A DNA stretch of 64,000 nucleotides from the human T2T-CHM13v2.0 reference genome, Homo sapiens. The stretch's first letter is position 1; every line of letters starts with the position of its first letter. Below, piece after piece: positions 12,541 to 24,919 of this stretch. A program made the translations under genes and the position numbers. The DNA lies in the NCBI RefSeq assembly GCF_009914755.1, contig NC_060933.1; one strand, 5' to 3'. Under the pieces are notes generated by a model that had not been told where the DNA came from, ran no database searches, and was given only the letters and a program-made list of their open reading frames with translations.

Positions 12541-13557
12541 AACTAGCAGAGAGTGACATAAAAACTAATTAACATATCCTGCAGAATCAGATAAACCTCT
12601 ACATCCTTTCTATTTATCTCTCTGTTTTGTGTGTCTATTGTCTTATCTTTCTGTCCAGGTCCCCATACTATTTTTTTTCTTCCACTTCCTTTCTCTTCAA
12701 AACATTTAATCAAATAGAATGTAGCTAAAGTTTTTTTACTCTTTTTTCCATTGACCTAGAAAGTGTAGGCAAAAATACGTGTTTGGGGTTTTTGTTGTCA
12801 TTGCTGTCTATTGCCCTTTGTTTTTTTTCCAACTCTAGAGGGTCACAGAAGTTTTTCTGGCAAGAGGAGACTTCATCCTTAGTAGAAGGGTAACTGTCAA
12901 ATGACTAGGCGTCCAGCCAGCAGATGGAATAGGAAAAGGAACCGTGGTACTGGTGACCCTCCAAAGCAAGTGAAGTAATCTGTTAGAGGAAAAGACAGTT
13001 TTAAATGTATTCTATTTCTAGAGAAAATTGAAGCCAAATTTCCATGTTATCCATCATTGAGAAAATTTTTAACTAATACCTTTACTCCTCTTTTTCCCTT
13101 TCCTTGTATATTTTCTGAAGATAAGAGAAAAAGGCCAATTATAAATCCCTCTTCCAAATGGAAGAGAAGGGGGAGTTTTAACTTTAAACAAAGATTGAAG
13201 CTTCGACTATTACATGGGACAGGACATATTAATGACTAAATTGTGGCTGACCTGTTAGCCTTCAAATGACCTGAGAACATTTGATAGTGTGTAAAAGTAA
13301 TCAGAAATTAATGGGGCTTGCCGGAATCTTCATTGTAGGGCAGGGGATTTGCTAGCCCAAAAGATCATATGAAAGGGGCAGAAAGACAAAAATAATTTTG
13401 CTTTCTAAAAAAATCTACTTTATGGTTTTACCTCATGTGTTACTACAGTTACATTTGCTTGTATGTAACAATATCCTCTAGAGCATATCCTGGGAGTAGA
13501 TTTGCAGGGACAGCTTATGCACATATTTAACTGCTAATTATAATGCTGAATTGTTTT

Positions 13558-14164
13558 TGACCTAGACAGCCTAAATGTTTTCCTCAAGTTGGCTAAACTT
13601 TAGACAGGTTTCCTCTTTCCTCTGGGCCTCCAACCTTCCTCTCATCCAGACCTTTAGAGAATCTTGATGGCCTAACCATGGAGGTCCCTCCTCCCCTTCC
13701 TTTTCTTAGAAAATTTACCTAAGAAAACCTGTAATTATAAATTCTTTCTCTGCCCCTTTGAGATGTAAATCTTGTAAAAGCCTCTTGCCAGTTTTACAAC
13801 CCAGGAATATTTTTCTCAAAGACCTGAAAGTCATTCCTTTGAAATGTGATAGGAAAGGAAGACAGAAGAACTTTCTTTCAGTCTTTATGGCAGGGTAGAA
13901 GCCTAATGTCACTGGGCATGTAGCTCCAAGTTCTAAACCTACTTTCTGTCAGGAAGGTACAAGAAACTTTACTTTTTCTTTGAATAAAGCCAATTAGTAA
14001 ACACAGATGTCCTATGATTACCCTCATCCCAGCCATTGTACCTTCTTTTTCTTCAGTGGAGTTGAGTTCAAGCTGAGCTCTGGCCTCTCACTTCTACTGC
14101 AGTAACCTTAAATAAGGTTTTCCTTGCCTGTTTAACTATGTCTGGTACAATTTTTGTTTTGACA
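13558..14164 (+). mobile_element. MER67-like ERV1 solo LTR
   Basis: TG...CA termini, 4-bp TSD TTTT, MER67 motifs GACAGCCTAAATG, CTAAACTTTAGACAGGTTTC, CTCTGCCCCTTTGAGATGTAAATCTT. Confidence 0.85.
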
Positions 14165-14659
14165 TTTTCCAATTACCTTACCATCAACGGTGTATGAGAA
14201 ATTCTGTTATTGTAATTTCTAGTCATAACTTGGTATTTCAGTTGTCTGTTTACTTTTTTCATCATGATAGTTGTTCAGTTACATCTCATTTTAAATTTAA
14301 TTCTCATTTTACTGATATAAGATTGATCATCCACCTTTTCATATGCTTAGTGGATCTGCATATTTTCATTTTCTGTGAATTGCTTGATCAAATTATTTGC
14401 TCATTTCTGTTTTTTTTTTTTTTTTTTGTCTTGCAGATGTTTTAGACTTTCCCGATATATTCAACATACTAACCCTTTGTTGGCTATGTGTAACACACTT
14501 CTTTCTCCAGGTACAGGTGTATCTACCTGCTTAGTATATCAGTCTTGTGAAGAATAGAAAATAACCATTCAATGTAGAAAACTCTATTTTTATTTCATAT
14601 AGACTTTGTGATATTTTATTTGAAAAAATCTTCCTTTGCATTGCAACCACAATATATAT

Positions 14660-14935
<276 letters not shown>

Positions 14936-15686
14936 TATATTTTTGAAGTTTTGCTTTTTATATATGACTTTAATTTGCTTAAGTAGAATATGAGATACAG
15001 ATCCAATATCATCTTTTCATGTAGCTATATATTTTTTCTGGCAATACTTTTATATGCTTGATATGATTAGTTTAAAAATTAAATTGAACAGAAATCCCTA
15101 AAAATTGAATGTGAAATGTCACAAATGAATCTAAGTATTTATCTTAGTGACATTGATTTATTTAAATCACTATATTTATTTTAAAACATAGTAATTGACT
15201 ATACATCCTTGTGGAATATAACTTAAAGACAAGGCAATTGAAAATATTTCAAACTGTTTTCAGTGATATAATAAATTACAACATTGGTATTATTATTTTG
15301 AAATAACAATGTATGTGTCTATGAATATATATGTGTATATATGTACATAGGTACATATATTTATAGACACATACACCTATGGAATATATAATAAAATAAA
15401 TTTTGTAATTAGGTTAACAATATATCAATGGAATGTACAGAATCTGGAATATGGAACAAATAAACTAATTTGTTTTGGCAGTAACCTGTGGGACAAAATA
15501 GGAAAGGGAGAAGGAAACTATAGATTAAAAGAGATTTAAGAGTACATAAACTAATGATAATGTATAGATCTTGTTTGGATCTTAATTTAAGCAAACCAAA
15601 TATTAGAAAAATGTTTTAAAGACTGGGAAGGAAATTTAGACTTAAAGTAAATATTTGATTGTCTTATTGTTAACTTTTTAAAAGTG

Positions 15687-16217
15687 TGTGATGGTTAATA
15701 TTGAGTATCAACTTGATTGGATTGAAGGATGCAAAGTATTGCTCCTGGGTGTGTCTGTGAGGGTGTTGCCAAAGGAGATTAGCATTTGAGTCAGTAGACT
15801 GGGAGAGGCAGACCCAACCTCAATCTCGGTGTGCATCATCTAATCACCTTTCAGCATTAAAAGCAGGCATGAAAAGAGCAGACTACCTGAGTCTTCCAGA
15901 CTCCATCTTCCTCTCATGCAGGATGCTTCCTGCCCTCAAACGTCAGACTCCAAGATTTTCAGCTTTTGGACTCTTGGACTTACACCAGTGTTTACCAGGG
16001 GCTCTTAGGCCTTCAGCCACAGACTGAAGGCTGCACTGTCAGCTTTCCTACTGTTGAGGTTTTGGGACTTGGACTGGTTTCCTGGTTCCTCAGCTTGCAG
16101 ATAACCTATTGTGGGACTTCACTGTGTGATCATGTGAGTCAATTCTCCTAATAACTCCCCTTTGTATATTCATCTATCCTATTAGCTCTGTCCCTTTGGA
16201 GAACCCTGACTAATACA
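15687..16217 (+). mobile_element. MLT2A (ERVL) solo LTR
   Basis: Starts TGTGATGGTTAATATTGAGTATCAACTTGATTGGATTGAAGGATGC, ends GAGAACCCTGACTAATACA; 5-bp TSD AAGTG on both sides. Confidence 0.95.
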
Positions 16218-16244
16218 AAGTGTAATGGTAAAAATTAATTATGT

Positions 16245-16770
16245 ATTTTTTTAAATTTTCCTTTCAGTTCCGGGATACATGTGCAGAACATGCAGGTTTG
16301 TTACATAGGTATGTATACATGTGCCATGGTGGTTTGCTGCACCTATCAACCCGTCATCTAGGTTTAAGCCCTGCATGCATTAGTTATTTGTCCTAATGCT
16401 CTCCTTCCCCTTGGCCCCCACCCCCTGACAGGCCCTGGTGTGTGACATACCCCTCCCTGTGTCCACGTGTTCTCATTGTTTAACTCCCGCTTGTGAGTGA
16501 GAACATGCGGTGTTTGGTTTTCTGTTCCTGTGTTAGTTTGCTGAGAATGATGGCCTCCAGCTTCATCCATATCCCTGTAAAGGACATGACTTCATTCTTT
16601 TTTATGGCTGCATAGTATTCCATGGACCCAGCAATCTCATTAGTGGGTATATACCCAAAGATTATAAATCATTCTACTATAAAGACACATGCACATGTAT
16701 GTTTATTGCAGCACTATTTACAATAGCAAAGAAATGGAACCAACCCAAATGCCCATCAATGATAGACTGG
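16245..16770 (-). mobile_element. L1PA7/8-like 3' fragment with 5' inversion
   Basis: 16245-16625 is reverse L1 3' UTR; 16626-16770 is sense ORF2 end; TSD TAATTATGT at 16236 and 16771. Confidence 0.93.
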
Positions 16771-17179
16771 TAATTATGTTTTTAAAAATATTACTTATCT
16801 TTAGAGATATATAATAAAATATTTACAGATGAAATGATATGATGCCTTGGATTTGCTTCAAAATAATCCAGCGAGTAAAGGGAAAGCAGGTGGGTTTAGA
16901 AATGAAATAAGATTAACCAGGAGTTAATAATTGTTGAAGCTTGGTAATGGGTACATGAAGCTTCATTATATTATTTGCTGCACTTTTGTATATGTGTGAG
17001 AGTTCTACAATAAAAATAAAATGTTAAAGGAAAATAAATATATTTGTAAATTGCATGTGATACCAAGAATATAATTAAAAACTACACCAGAAACATAAAG
17101 AAAAATTTTAGTCAGTAATATGGAAGATAAATTTGAGATACTTTCAGAGGGACACATTAAGAAGATTAAAACAAATAAA

Positions 17180-19435
17180 AGTAAGTTAGTGCCTTAATAA
17201 ACCACCCCCAAACAAAGTGGCTTATAATAGCAATAATTTACTTTTGTTCATGGAACTGTAAGTCATCTGAAAGTTGGCTTAGACTGACTTGAGTGGCTTG
17301 GCAAAAAGTCCAGGTCTGCTGAAATGTCTGCCTTCCTCTGTGGACTAACAGGCTCTCTGGGGTATGATCGTATTGTTGGTGGCAGAAACACAAGATGGCA
17401 AGCCCAACCATGCCAGAACATTTCATGCCTCTGCTTTTGTCACATCTACTAACCTCCCTTCCATTGGACAATGTAAACTATACATCTGGACTGAATGACA
17501 AGCAGCGAGGTGTACTCTTCTTTTACTGGAAAGAACAAGTTCACATGGAAAAGCGGGTGGTTACAGGGTAGCATAAGGAAGTGGGGTAGATAGTTAAATA
17601 TGTTTGCCACCTTCATCACATGTTCCCAAATTACCGTCATGTAACCCTCACTGATTTTCCCAGGAATCCCAGATCTCTCATCCAATCCTAGCATTAAGCT
17701 CAAATTTTAGGACATCAAGATTTACCTTAGGTACAGATGCAATTCCCTTTAATTCAGAGACCAGTGAACTAAAGGAAAAACCCCCACAAAACTAATAAAA
17801 CAAGTTATCTGTTCCCTGAACAACGAATGTATAATAGTGGAACAGGGATAAAATAAATTGGACAAGACTTCCCATTCCAAAAGTTGAAGACTGTGGGATA
17901 CAGGGCATTCACTGGCTAATTAGAGTTCTGGAGTCTTCCTGGGTGAATGTCAGGCCCTAGGGGGTCTGCACAGGATAGCCCATGGAGTCGCATGCAGACA
18001 CTCCTTCTTGGTATGATCTGGGAGCTAAATAATGTTTTTAATGCTTGAAAGAAGTTTAAAAACAAAGCAAAAACAAAGAAGGATATACAGACATTACACG
18101 TGGCCAGCAAGCCTAAAATATTTACTATCTTCACATTAAAATGTGTCAAATGCTGCCCTAGAGCTAGGGAATTTGCCTTGACTGAGCCTGACATCTACTT
18201 CCTGGTAATGACTTCCATAGTTAACCATTGCTCTTGACTCCACAGCCCTGTAGAAAATATATATTTTTTCCTTTTGGTGCCTGGGCAGATTTCACAATCT
18301 GCTTTCTGCCTATAGAAACTTGGAGGTCCAGGGAGGTTTTACATCTCAAATTTTCTGTCTCCTTTAGTCCAGGCTGGCAGGGCTTTATGCTAGTTCTGCC
18401 TTCTTATAAACTCCACTGAGTTTCTATTATATCTACAAGAGCATCGGGTACATCAGATTTCTGTGGAACCACACCTTTAGCCATTCTGTAATCATCTTTG
18501 GCCGAGAGAATCTACTAAGTGCTTATATTAACTCAGAGTTCTTATAAAAGGATGTTAGAGGGACACCCTTGGTTTTGTCTTTTTCTGAGGCCATGCCTTA
18601 CTGGTCCTATCTCCATGGCACCACTTCAAATTTGGTCTCTCCTCTAAAGTTAGTTTGGTAAGAAATAGTTTTATCTTCCATCCCCCAAATTTCTGGCCTG
18701 ACTATATTCTCTTCACATTCTGTTTTCTGACTGGCCAGTTCCTTTCTGAGCTTAACTTTTTCTTGTAGTACCTTACCAAATGCATCTGGTAACAGCACAC
18801 TCTTTCAAAATCTCCTTCAAATTACCTCCCCCAACTCTACAAGTCCATTAGGTAGATTTTCTCCCTTCCACATTATCACAGGTGGTAGATCCTAACCAAA
18901 TATTTTCTCACTCCATAATACAGTTTGCCAATTTTACAGCTGCTTTGTTTCTTCAATGCGTACCACCTGGTCCCAAATCCACTGCTATATATTTTAAGAA
19001 TTTATTACAGCAGGACTGCATAGCTAGGTACCAATTTCTGAGTGAATAACTATTGCACATCAATGCGGACTAAAAGCTATCTGACATTGAATAGCTTAAA
19101 GTAGTACTGATATATTTTTGCTGCAGAATTTGTGAGTCAACTAAGATTAACAGATATCAGCTGAGTTCGTCAACTGTAGCAGGCTGGGCTTGGTTCAGTG
19201 AGCTCACCAAAACAAGTTCTTTTGATGTACGTAGAAAAAATGAAGGCCCAACTGCCTAGTACATATCAATTCTTTGTGTTTCTTCTGCTAGCTACCTTTG
19301 TTCCAAGAAATGCACAGGACTGAGCCTAAAGTTCAAGGGTAGGGAAATATACTGGCTCTACAACAGTAAAATTATAACTCTAAGTGTGTGACCATGGGGA
19401 AGAATAAAATTTGGGACCAATAAGTCAATCTCCTA
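17180..19435 (-). mobile_element. MLT1 (H/I-like) MaLR provirus: LTR ~17180-17625, internal ~17625-19038, LTR ~19039-19435
   Basis: LTR motifs AACCACCCCCAAACAAAGTGGCTTA and CACATCTACTAAC; internal 5' boundary reads CAGAAATTGGTACC..TGCTGTAATAAAT on the minus strand at ~19038. Confidence 0.7.
17958..18160 (+). mobile_element. MER58-like hAT-Charlie element nested in the MaLR internal region
   Basis: TGGCCAGCAAGCCTAAAATATTTACTATCT is the MER58 3' motif; flanked by CCCTAGGG/CCCTAGAG (hAT-type 8-bp TSD). Confidence 0.65.
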
Positions 19436-19679
19436 CTGAAGGTAACTGATACAAAATACAAGTAATGAAAACCCATCTCAACATTTACAGGTGTTTCTGA
19501 ATGATGAATCAGGACATCTGGAAGAGAAGTGGAAATCAATGTCATATTTGAAGAAAACACATCAGACCTCAGGGGAAAAAAGACACTCATATATTTCTGA
19601 AGTTCTTACCCTATTATTCAGTAAAACAATTTAAACATTCAATTTAGAAAAATTAATTAAATATATGCAATGAAAGACA

Positions 19680-19846
19680 AAAATAGAAAACAATAAAGAT
19701 AAAAGTAGGAGTGATTACATTAGAAAATAAAAAGTAGAGTTAATTATAAATATGTCCTTCGGCTAATTTTAGAAAAACAAAATAGAAAAACCTTGGCAAA
19801 TCACGTTAAGCAAAGAAGAGAGAAAAATAAGTAAAAATTAGAAATA
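19680..19846 (+). mobile_element. Old L1M ORF2 fragment
   Basis: AATAAAGATAAAAG..AAAATAGAAAAACCTTGGCAAA..AAGAAGAGAGAAAA..AAAATTAGAAAT. Confidence 0.55.
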
Positions 19847-19924
19847 CAGTTGTCCTTCCTTATCCATGGGGGATACATTCCAAGATCTGCAGTGGATGCC
19901 TGAAATGATGGATAGTACAGAAGC

Positions 19925-19957
<33 letters not shown>

Positions 19958-20864
19958 TATATATTTTAAATATATATTTACCTATGATAAAATTTAATTT
20001 ATAAATTAGGCACAGTAAGATATTAACAATGATAACTAATAATAAAATAATCATAACAATATATTGTAATAAAAGTTATGTGAGTGTGGTCTCTCTTTCT
20101 CTTTTTTTGAGATCTTGCTCTGTCACCCAGGCTGGAGTGCAGTGGCCCATTTCAGTTCACTGCAACCTCCTCCTCCTCCTGGGTTCAAGCCATTCTCCTG
20201 TCTCAGCCTCCCAAGTAGCTGGGATTACAGGTGTGTGCCACCACGCCTGGCTAATTTTTGTATTTTTAGTAGAGACGGGGTTTTGTGATATTGGCCAGGC
20301 TTGTCTCAAACTCTGGACCTCAGGTGATCCACCCACCTCGGCCTCCCAAAGTGCTGGGATTACAGGCATGAGCCACTGCACCTGGCTTCAAAATTTCTTA
20401 TTGTGCTGTATTCACCGTTCTTATAATTACGGGAGATGATGAAATACCTACATGATGAGATTGAGTTGAAGGACATAAGCATTGTGATTTAACATTAGGT
20501 TACTATTGACCTGAGGATACATCAGAAGGAGGATCCCCTGCTTTGGGTGATCTTGGGTCATCAAGCTATGAGGCTGAAAATGGTTGGATATCAGGAGACT
20601 ATTTTGATTTCTAATGGGTGGGTAGAATACGCAGCATGATATGCTGGACAAAGAGATGATTCATATCCAAAGGGATGATTCACATCCTGGGTGGAATGAA
20701 GGAGAACAGCATGAGATTTCATCATAGTACTCAGAATGGCACACAACTTAAAATTTATGAATTATATATTTTTGGAATTTTCCACTTAATATTTTCAGAA
20801 CTTAGTCGACCATGGGTAACTCAGATGACAGAAAGTGAAGCAGTGGAAAATGAGAGGACTACTG
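19847..20864 (-). mobile_element. MER44 (C/D-like) TcMar-Tigger non-autonomous transposon, interrupted by an Alu
   Basis: TIRs CAGTTGTCCTTCCTTATCC ... GAGAGGACTACTG, left TA TSD; reverse strand matches the MER44 5' end (GTTACCCATGGTCGAC..GAAAATATTAAGTGGAAAATTCCA..GTGAATCATCCCTTTG). Confidence 0.88.
20102..20387 (-). mobile_element. AluSx/Sz
   Basis: GACCTCAGGTGATCCACCCACCTCGGCCTCCCAAAGTGCTGGGATTACAGG; full dimer. Confidence 0.95.
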
Positions 20865-21094
20865 TCAAAAAAATTCTGCAGCAATGTACATATTTTCAAA
20901 ATGTTTGACTTATTAAAATTTGGTCTCAATAATATAATGGCATTTATGTAATTATAAATTGGATTTCAAAAATGCAGTTTTATTAAGCTGATTAATAATT
21001 TTGAAATAGTCATTATACCTTCAAAAAAAAAAGGAATGAATGTGAAATATTAAAATTTTGGTCACCAAATAAGTTGTCTTTTGATTATAGATGT

Positions 21095-21345
21095 AATATA
21101 ATCTAGCTTTTACTGAGTGTTCACTAGGTGCCAACCACAGTGCCTGAACTTTGCATGGTTAACCTGTTATATTTTATATATTTATGGTAATTTTATTATC
21201 TCCCTACAGACATTCAGTGAAAAAAACTGAAGATTAGAAAATAAAAAATTTTCCCAAGGCCACCTAGCTTGTAAGTGGCACAGTCTGGATTTGGATCTGG
21301 GTAGTTGCAGTGAAGAGCTTCTACTTTTAATCACAATGCCATTCC
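21095..21345 (-). mobile_element. MIRb-like
   Basis: TTACTGAGTGTTCACTAGGTGCCA..GAAAAAAACTGAAG..TTCCCAAGGCCACCTAGCTTGTAAGTGGCACAGTCTGGATTTG. Confidence 0.8.
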
Positions 21346-21724
21346 ACAGCTTGATGCAGATATAACATTTTATATTTTTCTACTTCTAAACTTGGAAGAA
21401 AGCACATAAAAGGAAAGTGTGAAGGAGGACGATGTACTAAACGGCAAGTTTATAAAAATAAAAAGGTAATGAGGAAAAAAAAATACAAAGGCTATATAAG
21501 GTCTCTGGTTACCTTGTTAGGTGAAGTAAACTCAAACAACAAATTGCTGTAGTAATTTGCAATAAAATTCTGGAGAAATTTTAATTAGAGAAAGGCATCC
21601 AAATTTTATAAACAAAGTTAGGACAAAACTTAGAATTATTGAATACCCTAAATATGGAGAAAGAAGCTAAATACTTTGTTTTATGACAAAACAATTACAA
21701 TTTTAAAAATTATTTATATCATAA

Positions 21725-23020
21725 AATTGGACTGGGAAAGGGTTTTTTAAATGAGACCTGAAAAGCATAGGCAACAAATGCAAAAATAGACAAATGTAAT
21801 CTCGTAAAGCTAAAAAGCTTCTGTACAGCAAGGGAAACAATAAATGGGGTGAAGACAACCTACAGCATGGGAGAAAGTATTTACAAACTATCCATCTGAC
21901 AAGGGACTAATATCTAGAATATATAAGAAATTCAAACAACAGCAAAACAAGCAAGCAAACAAACATAAAACAAAAATGAAGAAACCCAATTATCCAATTA
22001 AAAATTGAGCAAAAGACCTGAATAAATATTTTCCCAAAGAAGATATACAAATGGCCAACAGATATATGAAAAATGCTCAATATCACTAATCATCAGGGAA
22101 ATGCAAATCAAAGCCACAATGCGTTACAACCTTAGACTTGTTAGAATGACTAATGTCAAAAAGTCTAAAAATGCATGTTGACAAGGATGTAGACAAAGGA
22201 AAAGGAATGCATTGTTGATGGGAATGTAAATTAGTAGAGCCATTATGGAGAAAAGTATAGAAGTTCGTCAAAAAATTAAAAATAGAACTACCATATGATC
22301 CAGCATTCCCATTACAGGGCATATCCAAAGGAAATGAAATTAGTATATTGAAGAAATATCTGTTCTCCCATGTGTATTGGTATCTAGTGCTGTTCACAAT
22401 TACCAAGATATGGACTCAGCCTCAATGTCCATGTACAGATGAATGGATAAAGAAAATGTGACGTGAATATTTACAATGAAATATTATTTAACCATAAAAC
22501 AGAATAAGATCCTGTCATTTGCAGCAACATGGGTAAACCAGGATGAAAGTTTAAGTGAAATAAGCCAGGCACAGAAAGACAAACACTACATGATGTCACT
22601 CATACGTGGAATCTAAAAAATTTGATTTTACTGAAGTAGAGATTAGAATAGTGGTTACCAGAAGTTGGGGGTGGTATGGAGGTGAGGTTGGGGTGGGGGT
22701 GGAAGAAATTGGTCAGTGATTTGTCGATGAGTACAAAGTTACAAAGTTATGGTTAAACAGGAAGAATACATTTTCTTGTTCTATTACACAGTAAGGTGAC
22801 TATAGCAAATAACATTGTACCGTATATTTCCAAGTAGCTAAAAGAGAAGATTTTGAATGTTATAACCATAAAGAAATGACGAGTTCTTAAAGTAATACAT
22901 ATGATAATTATCCTGATTTGATCTTTCTACAATGTATAGATGCATTGAAACATCACATTGTACCCCATAAATATGTACAATTATATGTGAATTCTAAATA
23001 AAGAATAATTAATAAAAAAT
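21725..23020 (+). mobile_element. L1MA (MA4-MA8-like) ORF2 end and 3' UTR
   Basis: CTAAAAAGCTTCTGTACAGCAAGGGAAAC, CACTAATCATCAGGGAAATGCAAATCAAA, TAAGCCAGGCACAGAAAGACAAA, ACATCACATTGTACCCCATAAATATG. Confidence 0.93.
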
Positions 23021-24169
23021 AAATTGATGATATACCCTAGGCATAAAAATTCCGTCAAGAGTACAATACCTCATTGACATACTGAAATCATGTTTTCAGG
23101 AAAAAAAAAGTAAGTACATTTGGAATTCATATACATTTTATGAAGCCCTGAATACAGAATAAGTAAGATGTAAAAAAAAGTGTTTTAGAATTGTGGAACT
23201 ACAAGTAGTATTGATTAATAGCAGTTGAATTGTGGGTTAGGATACATTAAAATTATTCTACATTTCTATTTTTCCTCTATTTTAAAATTGTATAGAAGAT
23301 ATTAACTACTTCAAGTTTGTAAAAATTTATCAACACAATGTTTATATATTCACAAAATAAGAATGCTGAAAAATAATCATTTGTTGACAAAAATGTTTCA
23401 TTTTATTATGAGGACTTCACAGATGCTATAAAGACCATAGATGAACTCATTGGGATACAAGGAGTCCAAGTCAAAAAAAACTGTGTTTTGGGTTATACTT
23501 ATTACAGAAAGATTAATATTTAATACTTGGTAAATAGATGTTTATGAAAAAGAATTATATATTTAAAAAAAGAGTGCAGTTAACTACACGCCAAGTGCTT
23601 TCACATTCAAGAAAAGCCAAGAAATTGCCTCATCAATTATAATACAGCACTTCCATTTATCACAAAAAAGTATATATTATTTGTTGTGACATATATAGAT
23701 GCAAAAGAATAAAAATACACTGAAATACATACACATAATTTATTATGGTGGATGTTTCCAATAAGGAGTTGTTTGAATTGAGACAAATGATGATATATTA
23801 TTATTTATTATTTTTATTATAAAGTTGGCTTTGGAGTATATATGGTATATACGGCATAAACTTAGCACTTGTCAATCTGACTCCTATATCAGATATTTTT
23901 GACTTTACTTTTATTATTTTACATTTTAAAAATCCCAATTAATAAATGTGGTCATTAAACGTCTATATACAAGCAAAGAGTGACAATCTCTTCTCATTGT
24001 TTCCCTCCAAAGCAGGATAATTGGAGGATGGCTTCGCTTGGAATCGAAACACATTAAGTTGCATATCTGATTAAGCAACTGATGCAACAGTAGAAATGTG
24101 TTGTGGGTTAGTGGAATATGTCTCCAGGGCAGAGTTTAAAATTCAGAAAGAACTGGGCTGATATCATGA

Positions 24170-24350
24170 AGCTGCTATTTAATTCCCTTTTGGGTCAAGC
24201 ATGATACTAACAGCTTTATTTCCCAAATGTATCATCTATAAAATGGGAATCATAATAATACATATCATATATTTATAATTAAGATGAAATAGACTAATAT
24301 ATGTGGTGAGCTTAGAACAGTGAACACACAGTAATATTGCTATCATTACT
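24170..24350 (+). mobile_element. MIR fragment
   Basis: TCATCTATAAAATGGGAATCATAATAATA..GCTTAGAACAGTG..ACACAGTAA. Confidence 0.7.
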
Positions 24351-24535
24351 GTATTGTTGCTTTATATTGCTGCTAAGATTCTTGAGGGGGTTTCTTTATC
24401 ACTTGTTATCTGATCTTTATTATTTTTTTTTGCCAATTTATCTTTTAATTCATCCATGTAGATTTATATATCAGTAGTTCTGTTTTGAGGACTTCATCAT
24501 ATTTCTTTTCAGGGGAATAATTGTATTTGCTTGTG

Positions 24536-24892
24536 TAATCATGTGCACATAATGACAATTTGGTCAATGATACTGCATATATGATAGGGGTCTCATAAGA
24601 TTATAATAGAACTAAAAAATTCTTATCCCATAGTGATATTGTAGCAGTCATAATACCATAGTGCAATGCATTATACACGTGTTTGTGGTGATTTTGGTGT
24701 AAACAAACCCACCGCACTGCCAGTCAAAGAAAAGTACAGCACCTAATATTATGTACAGTACACAATACCTGATAATGATAACAAACCACTGTGTTACTGG
24801 TTTATTAATTTACTATACTATACTTTTTAACATTATTTTTGAGTGTACTTCTACTCCTTCTATTAAAAAATGTTAACTGTAAAAATAGCCTC
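24536..24892 (+). mobile_element. Tigger3 (Golem)-like fragment
   Basis: CATAAGATTATAAT..AAAAATTC..TAGTGA..CACGTGTTTGTGGTGA..GGTGTAAACAAACC..GTTACTGGTTTA..GTTAACTGTAAAA. Confidence 0.85.
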
Positions 24893-24919
24893 TTGCACAG
24901 CATTAATTAGAATCAATAA

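Larger units (their letters stand above)
15400..17030 (+). mobile_element. L1ME/L1MD-like 3' end, split by MLT2 and L1PA insertions
   Basis: TAGATTAAAAGAGATTTAAGAG..CTTGTTTGGATC; resumes at 16771 with ATATTTACAGATGAAATGATATGATG..GGATTTGCTTCAAAATAATCC..GGGTACATG..CTTTTGTATATG..AATAAA. Confidence 0.75.

Noticed and set aside
20029-20439. 136-aa ORF and similar ORFs at 11355, 26138, 28251, 29072, 39380, 48992, 58924
   Set aside because: Translations of Alu sequence ([19 protein letters not shown]); not genes
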